64,000 bases of DNA. Origin: the human T2T-CHM13v2.0 reference genome, Homo sapiens. The position numbers and the translations under genes are program-made. The notes beneath the pieces were generated by a model. It saw only the letters and a program-made list of their open reading frames with translations. It made no database searches and was not told the origin of the DNA. This document shows positions 55,719-64,000 of the stretch, in pieces. The stretch's first letter is position 1; every line of letters starts with the position of its first letter. Where the stretch lies: the NCBI RefSeq assembly GCF_009914755.1, contig NC_060931.1, one strand, 5' to 3'.

Positions 55719-56420
55719 GAGCACCAGGCCACCCGGAGCACCACACCACCCGGAGCACCAGGCCACCCGGAGCACCACACCACCCGGAGCACCAGGCCAC
55801 CCGGAGCACCACACCACCCGGAGCACCAGGCCACCCGGAGCACCACACCACCCGGAGCACCAGGCCACCCGGAGCACCACACCACCCGGAGCACCAGGCC
55901 ACCCGGAGCACCACACCACCCGGAGCACCACACCCCCCGGAGCACCCTGCCACCCGGAGCACCAGGCCACCCAGAGCACCAGGCCACCTGGAGCACCAGG
56001 CCACCCGGAGAACCACACCACCCGGAGCACCAGGCCACCCGGAGAACCACACTACCTGGAGAACCAGGCCACCCGGAGCACCAGGCCACCCGGAGAACCA
56101 CGCCACCCGGAGAACCAGGCCACCCGGAGCACCAGGCCACCCGGAGCACCACACCACCCGGAGCACCAGGCCACCCGGAGCACCAGGCCACTCGGAGAAC
56201 CACACCACCCGGAGCACCACACCACCCGGAGCACCAGGCCACCCGGAGCACCACACCACCCGGAGCACCACACCACCCGGAGCACCACACCACCCGGAGC
56301 ACCAGGCCACCCGGAGAACCACACCACCCGGAGCACCACGCCACCCGGAGCACCAGGCCACCCGGAGAACCACACCACCCGGAGCACCAGGCCACCTGGA
56401 GCACCAGGCCACTTGAGCAC
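55719..56420. repeat. Minisatellite, 17-bp unit GAGCACCA(GG/CA)CCACCCG, ~41 copies
   Basis: Read directly. Confidence 0.96.
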
Positions 56421-56878
56421 TCAGCCATGTGCTTGGGAATCCGATTTTATGGCAGAGCTATTTTTACATTTTTTAAAATGTTTTTAATGGTGGTGGTTTA
56501 TGGGATTGTACCCTGAGGCTTTGTAGTGCTGGGCATGGTTTAAAAATTGATTAAATAAATAAAATTCTGACACACCTGAAATGGGGAGAAGGCCAGGCTG
56601 GCTCTGCCTCCTGTGGGATAGAATTTACAAAATCTGTACCTGGGTTTGTTTTTGCTCCAGGGAGAAGGAAGGCATTTTTAACAATGAAAAAAAAAGTTGC
56701 TCTCTAGAATCACTTTACATTGGACAGGACCCAGTTTGTGTGTTGATGACAGTCACTATGTGCACAAACTGCCATCCTCATCACCTCTCTGAGCAATGGA
56801 AGGTCAGTGCTCACACATGCCCCATTCCTCTACAGGAAAACCCAGTTTTGGAGGGTCACCCAAAAGTAGCCAAAATTG

Positions 56879-57198
<320 letters not shown>

Positions 57199-58066
57199 TT
57201 AGCTGAATATATGTTTGATAAAAGGCATAATATATGAAAACACTGAACCAGCTAGAAGATATGTTGGAGATTTTTAGGATAAGAGAAATTTGCTTTGATG
57301 GCTTTGAAAGATGGACCCGTTTTGTAGTAGGAAGGCGCTTTGTTCTGTTCTGAAGTGGAGATGACTGGGGTATTCCAGGTGCTGACTAGCAGCGCACGAC
57401 CCTCCCGCACCAAGGCAGCCATTTCTTAGGGCTGACAGCAGGAGGGCAGGGCTGGGCAGGTGGACTCAGGACGGTGGGTGCCACTCACCAAGGGCAGCTC
57501 TTCTCAGGGATGCTCCTTGGAAAATGAGCTCTGCCAATCGGTCCATCCTGGAAGTACCACACCTTGATATCCTCCTCCAAGAGCTGCCTGGTGGAGATTA
57601 ATCTATTGAAAGTTCTGAGAAGTCCAGCAGTTGAGAACTTATCTAACTGTTTTTTTTTTTAATGCATCATTTTCAAACTTGTTTAACCAAAGAACTTGAT
57701 TTTTCCTTCTGGAAAATGCTGCATATGTGTAATTTTCAATATTTATTCTCTCCCCTAAAATGTGAAATCTCCATTTTCTATTTCTAGGTAATCCAACCAG
57801 CAAGACTTTTGCATGATCACTTGTTTATAACATCCCATAGGTTTGAGGACGTTTGTCTCTATGTTGCCATCGTCCTCTGAATCGAGGCATCAATACTTGC
57901 AGTGAAATTAATTAATTTTTTAAATCCTGGCTTCAGAGTCCACAGATGAAGTTCTTATGACTCATTTGAGGCCTGTAGGCCGCAAGTTGGCCAACCCAGG
58001 CAGGCTGCAGCCTCCTCGTGGGGTCTAACTAGATGGAGTATCTTCCTACATCTTGTATACGCTCCC

Positions 58067-58420
58067 TGTGTTAATCTGTTCTCACACTGCTAATAAAGAC
58101 ATACTTGAGACTGGGTAATTTATAAAGGAAAGAGATTTAATGGACTCACAGTTCCACATGGCTGGGGAGGCCTCACAATCATAGTGGAAGGCAAAGGAGA
58201 AGCAAAGTCACATCTTACATGGTGGCAGGCAAGAGAGCATGTGCGGAGAACCTCCCATTTATAAAACCATCAGATCTCATGAGACGTATTCACTACCACG
58301 AGAACAGAATGGGAGAAACAGCCCTCATGATTCAATTATCTCCCCCAGGCCCCACCTTGACAAGTGGGGATTATTACAATTCAAGGTGAGATTTGGGTGG
58401 GGCACAGCCAAACCCTATCA
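58067..58420 (-). mobile_element. THE1 solo LTR
   Basis: ctgctaataaagacatacttgagactggg...aaaccctatca; perfect 5-bp TSD ctccc. Confidence 0.9.
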
Positions 58421-58866
58421 CTCCCCTCCCTCGTGACTATGTCAGGAAGCTTGCAGTCACCTTACAAGTGACACCAGACTTTGCACAGCTCAGAGCCAAG
58501 TGGGAAGGGACATTCCCTGGAGTGTCCAACCTGGAGAATGGCAGGACCGCCCCCCTTCCCCCGCCCCCGCTCCTCCCTCCCCTCCCCGCTCCTCCTTCAT
58601 ATCATTCCTGAGACGGCAGCCTCCCCCTTTTGTGTTGTCAGCCTCAGTTGTTTTCTTTGTCAGCACCCACTTACCAAGCTTAAGCTCTAATTACACTTAT
58701 CTGTGCTGAAAATTGGCTATTACCACCATATAAACTCCTAATAGTAAGAAATACTTCCTTAGCAAACTGCAGGGACCACTTTCCTTGTTATCGCAACAGA
58801 ACAGACAGTGGACAGTTGCTTCTCCAGGCTGAACCCCCTTGTTTCCTTTGCTTCTGGCGGCTGCAG

Positions 58867-59028
58867 GGGTGAGCAAGGTGGTGACCGTGGAAGTGAGAGG
58901 GAACTGGCAGCGCTGGCTGAAGGTGCGGGACCTCACCAAGGGAGTGACCTATTTCTTCCGTGTCCAAGCGCGGACCATCACCTACGGGCCCGAGCTCCAA
59001 GCCAATATCACAGCCGGGCCAGCCGAGG
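58867..59028 (+). CDS. SDK1: SDK1 coding exon (162 nt): [54 protein letters not shown]
   Basis: ctgcag| acceptor, AGG|gtaagt donor; FN3 C-terminal half. Confidence 0.95.
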
Positions 59029-59523
59029 GTAAGTGGAACTCCAGGGGCAGACAATGTCAATTGCAACTTTAGCCTCCCGCCTCCTGCTTCACTGAGCTGA
59101 GATCCATCTACATGGTCAACAAGGTGATGTTGGCGGCCAAGAGCTGGCATCAACTCGGGGATGTCTGGGCAACATGGACGTCTTCAAAAGCACGCGTCAA
59201 CATGGAGTTTGCAGGTGGACTTGTTACATCCATGGGCACATTGTTAAATATTAAGCATGTCAAGTTTTAGTTGTTTTTTTTTTTTTTTGAGAAATCTTAA
59301 GAGGAAAATAACTGAATTTGGCATTTGAAATAAATCAGAAAATTTTAAAGTTTTCCAGGTCATGGGGAAGAAGCATGTACCTTCCCACTTATCCAACTGT
59401 TCTGCCCTTTGTTTAAAGACAGGAAGGCGTGGGCTGCAGAACCGGCATTCAGGGAGTGCTGCTTAGTCCCGGGCACAGTGTGGGGTGCCCTGCACCTGCC
59501 AGCTCTTTCAGGCCCTCTTCAGG

Positions 59524-59827
59524 TTTTTTTGTTGTTGTTTGTTTTTTGAGACAGGGTCTCACTCTGTCACCCAAGCTGGAGTGCAGCAGCATGATCATAG
59601 CTCACTGCAGCCTCAACCTCCCCCGGCTGAAGCGATACCCCCACCCCCCACCCCGCCTCACCCTCCTGAGTAGCTGGGCTACAGGTGCAAGCCACCACAC
59701 CTGGCTACTTTTTTTTGTATTTTGTAGAGACAAGTTTTTGCAATGTTGCCCAAACTCCTGGGCTCAAGCGATCCACCTATCTCAGCCTCCCAAAGTGGCT
59801 TTCAGGCGTGAGCCACCACGCCCGGCC
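59524..59827 (-). mobile_element. Alu (AluJ-like)
   Basis: Reverse Alu consensus, degenerate. Confidence 0.88.
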
Positions 59828-59996
59828 TTGCCTCCCTGTTATTAAGATGAAAAACCCTGGGTGCGTGAGGTTAAGTAACCTGCCCAGACACTCTGCAGCC
59901 TCGACCGGTCTGACCCCCCACTGTGAAATCTCACGGGGTGGGATGTGAGCCCCGCAGGGCTGATGCCTCACCTCTCTTTTCTTCTTTATCCCGCAG

Positions 59997-60122
59997 GATC
60001 CCCGGGCTCGCCTAGAGATGTCCTGGTCACCAAGTCCGCCTCTGAACTGACGCTGCAGTGGACTGAGGGACACTCTGGCGACACACCTACCACGGGCTAT
60101 GTGATCGAGGCCCGGCCCTCAG
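59997..60122 (+). CDS. SDK1: SDK1 coding exon (126 nt): GSPGSPRDVLVTKSASELTLQWTEGHSGDTPTTGYVIEARPS
   Basis: Long pyrimidine tract then ccgcag| acceptor; CAG|gtaggg donor; FN3 N-terminal half. Confidence 0.95.
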
Positions 60123-61019
60123 GTAGGGTGGCAGGCCCCACAAACGGGGTCTCAGCCCAGCGGACGGCAGTGCTTCTAAGACTGTGTCGGGGGCTTCCAT
60201 CACTTTCTCTTTCAGCATTTTCCCCCCACAAAGCTGGGACCAAGAGGGCGGTTTTGGTGAAAGAAGACATCCATGGCTCACTCAGCTCCTCCCAGTCTTC
60301 ATAGTCACAACTGTGCGGTTCACCTTAAGGGCATACGCTTTGGGATGTTTTAGCCCCAGGACACTTACTTAGGATGATAATGGTTATTCCTAGAAACAGG
60401 TGAATGAGAACTTAGGGACACTAAAAGGCATTTTCAAACTCATCCATGAATGTTTTCAGGGACTCATGTCAGGGTTCTAAATGTTTGCTGCCGAGATGGA
60501 AAACGTCAGGCTTGTTTCTGATAATACGAAGATTCTTATTAATAGTGAAACCGACACATCGTTTGCTTCATTTTTTAGGCTTCCGAAAATGAGGTCTAAG
60601 ATCCATTTCCAGCCTTATTCACCAGAATAATTTTTTTCACCCTTCCTTCCATTTGCCTTTAATAACTAAGGATGGGCATTATTGGGAAATGAGTTTCTGA
60701 TCGGGTGCGTCGGATATGACTGCTTGGAGCTAGTGGGTATCACCTAACACAGAAAGCACGGAACAGCTCCAATATGACCTTCAGATGGTTGCACAGTTAA
60801 TCATGAACATCTGAGCATGAAAATATGTGATGTGTCAGGGACGCTATTCAGGAAGCAAACCATCAAACCCCACCTGCCAATCTGGCAGGACCACGGTGCT
60901 AGGAACTAGTTTAGTCTAATACTTAAACAGGCTATTAGACCAAGAGGAAAGACCCCAAAGCTACATCTGTCACTGTGTCAGGACACTCGTTCCCTCCTCC
61001 CCCACCAAATTGCTTTTGA

Positions 61020-61368
<349 letters not shown>

Positions 61369-61807
61369 TAAGGAGAAACCTAGTGCAGAAGCGTGAAAAA
61401 GCCAAAGGCAACATAAACATTTCTTTGGCTCAATAACTCAGAAATCCAGACGTGCTCGCCTGGGGGACCCTGAGAGTATCTTTTGAGCAGGGCGTCTGTC
61501 CTGTTGTGGAAACAGAGGGTCCTGAGTTGGTAAAGGATGTGAGTTTGGCAGGGGCCTCCTGTGGTCACTGCCTGTGAAAGCCCATGGCCCCTCACACAGC
61601 CAGCTGGCCCTTTGCTAATGACTTTGATTCAAGAGCACTTTCAGAGACTGACAGGAGCTGAGACGTGTGGGTTCTGGGGCCAAATTGAGGCTTTGTGGAG
61701 GCCAAGGGGGAGGGAGCTGGTGGCAGGGAGCAGCCCAGACTTAAGAAACCACTTCAGACACTTTCCTCCCCATATCCAGGGAGAGCACCGATTTCTTCCT
61801 CAACTCT

Positions 61808-61943
61808 TCCAGCCTGGGTGACAGAGCAAGGCTCCGTCTCAAAAAAAAAAAAAAAAGTTTCTAGAAGGCACTTGTAACTAATAATCTTTCAAAAGCAGGT
61901 TGGTGGGGGAGGAGGGTACGAGTGTCCTGACACAGTGACAGAT
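61808..61943. repeat. Inverted duplicate of 60965-61103 (Alu tail plus unique flank)
   Basis: Reverse complement matches 84/88 over the non-Alu part. Confidence 0.93.
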
Positions 61944-62077
61944 ATAACAAATAGGATCCAGGCGTTCACAAATAGAATTCAGGAGATCCGTGAGCTTGGA
62001 TGGGGAAAATACACATTTTATTTTCACTGACCTCTAACTAGAATTTGGCATTTCCTGTAATTATGGATGCAGGCACA

Positions 62078-62545
62078 TTCGTTATCCAGGGCTGCCTTAG
62101 CAAAGTCCCACAAACTAGGCAGCCTCCACAACAGACATGGGTTGTCTCACAGTTCTGGAGGCCGGAAGCCCACAGTCAAGGTGGCAGCAGGGCAGGCTCC
62201 TCCTGAGGCTGTGAGGGAGGATCTGTTTCCTGTAACCTCTCCCCCACTTCTGGTGATTACAGGCCATCCTGGGTGATCTGGGGCTGACAGGTGCTTCACC
62301 CATCTCTGCCTTCATCTTCCCATGGTGATCTCCCTGTATGTGTGTCTGCATCTCAGTTTTATCTTTTATGAGGACGCCAGTCATACTAGACTGGGGACCC
62401 ACTCTACTCCGGCAGGACTTCATCCTAACTAATTACATCTGCAACTACCCTATTTCCAAATAAGCTCATTGGGAGGTATTGGGGGTTCGGACTTCAACGT
62501 ATGAATTTGCAGTGGGGGGCAGAGACATAATTCAATGCATAATAT
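62078..62545 (-). mobile_element. MLT1-type solo LTR
   Basis: tctcacagttctggaggccggaag...ttcaacgtatgaattt. Confidence 0.8.
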
Positions 62546-62920
62546 TAGCTAAGAAACCACATAACTCATAGTAGGCCCTGTGACACTTCCAGGAGTACTT
62601 TCGTATGACTTCCCCGCCATTGCAGATATTTCACAATGCTGTTTAGATGTGTCCTTACGTTGAAATCACAGTCATTTGTAGACTCTCTGCTGGACCTTGT
62701 TGGCTAATGAGTCCATGAAGCGTAGACTTTTGAGTTGTGCTGGGATAACGGTGGCCACAGGTCACCTAAACCCAACTCTTCATACGTCTTCCAAGGAACC
62801 ACGTCGCTAAACAAGTTAGTGCAAAGAAAACCACCCATAATCCATGCCTCCAGCATTACCTGGAGACACGAGTTCCCAGGAACCTGCAGGTGCCTCCAGG
62901 TGATCGTAGGCATTACCAGT

Positions 62921-63359
62921 TCTGTGACTCCGTTCTCACATTGCCATAAAGAAATGTCTGAGACTGAGTAATTTATAAAGAAAAAAAGTTTAGTTGGCTC
63001 ACAGTTCTGCAGGCTGTACAGGAAGCATGGTGGCTTTGCTTCTGGGGAGGCCCCAGGAAATCATGGGGAGACCCCAGGAAGCTTCCAATCATGGCAGAAA
63101 GCCAACAGGGAGCCGGCACGCCACATGGCTGGGGCAGGAGGAAGAGAGTGAGTGGGGAGGTGCCACACGTTTTTAAACAACCAGGTCTCATGAGAACTCA
63201 CTCCCTATTGTAAGAACAGCACCAAAGGGGTGGTCCTAAAACCATTCATGAGAAACCCACTGCTGTGATCCAAACACCTCCCACCAGGCCCCTCCCCCAA
63301 CACCGGGGACGATAATTCAACCTGAGATTTGGGTGGGGACACAGAGCCAAACAATATCA
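62921..63359 (-). mobile_element. MST-type solo LTR
   Basis: gtaatttataaagaaaa...ggctcacagttctgcaggctgtacaggaagcatgg; perfect TSD ccagt. Confidence 0.87.
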
Positions 63360-63389
63360 CCAGTAGAATTGGTTTCCTTTTCAATTTTA

Positions 63390-63793
<404 letters not shown>

Positions 63794-63849
63794 CTACAGA
63801 AGGGCCTGGCTACGAAACTTCCTCCTCCCTGAACGCCTGCCTCCCTGAC

Positions 63850-64000
63850 TACAGATTAAGGATCCCAGCAGATGGGTGGCTGTCACAGGGTCACAGAAGG
63901 AGGCATTCTGGATCTCGACCGCATCCCTGCCCATGTCCCAGTTGTGAGACTGCAGCACAGTTTTGCAGGATGTTACCACTGGGGGACACTGGGTAAAGGA
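63850..64000 (+). mobile_element. Old L1M 3' fragment running off the window
   Basis: gttttgcaggatgttaccactgggggacactgggtaaagg. Confidence 0.6.

Noticed and set aside
55571-56428. 278-285 aa Pro/His- or Gly/Trp-rich ORFs, the longest in the window
   Set aside because: Products of the stop-free 17-bp VNTR; no splice or promoter support
58548-58590. C-tract cluster (minus-strand G-quadruplex potential) upstream of an exon
   Set aside because: Common in GC-rich DNA; nothing else supports function
59951-59996. In-frame alternative acceptor cccgcag 39 nt upstream of the exon
   Set aside because: No polypyrimidine tract before it; the downstream site is much stronger

Overview
Primate (human or great-ape-like; Alu-rich, GC-rich) genomic DNA from inside the SDK1 gene (Sidekick cell adhesion molecule 1) on the + strand. 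Nine coding exons (71+136+60+102+116+187+138+162+126 = 1098 nt) splice into one continuous frame. They encode the membrane-proximal fibronectin type III repeats (three complete and half of a fourth; by recall FN3 #10-13). The rest is intron: about 20 Alus, MaLR/ERV1/ERVL LTRs, DNA-transposon fossils, L1/L2/MIR fragments and four minisatellites. Nearly all long ORFs in the ORF track are repeat or GC-content artefacts. I see no convincing wholly new biological system. Best leads: (1) a deleted antisense HERV-L provirus that still reads as a compact LTR-PBS-ATG-gag-stop-AATAAA cassette; (2) a 60-nt frame-symmetric exon that re-encodes the C'/E strands of one FN3 domain; (3) a GC-AG intron; (4) a long hairpin made by inverted duplication inside a MER1A; (5) local duplications, namely an inverted ~135 bp copy of an Alu junction, a 61 bp dispersed copy and a triplicated MER58/MIR block; (6) a binary-coded 17-bp VNTR. 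Repeat subfamily names come from recalled consensus sequences and repeat boundaries are approximate.
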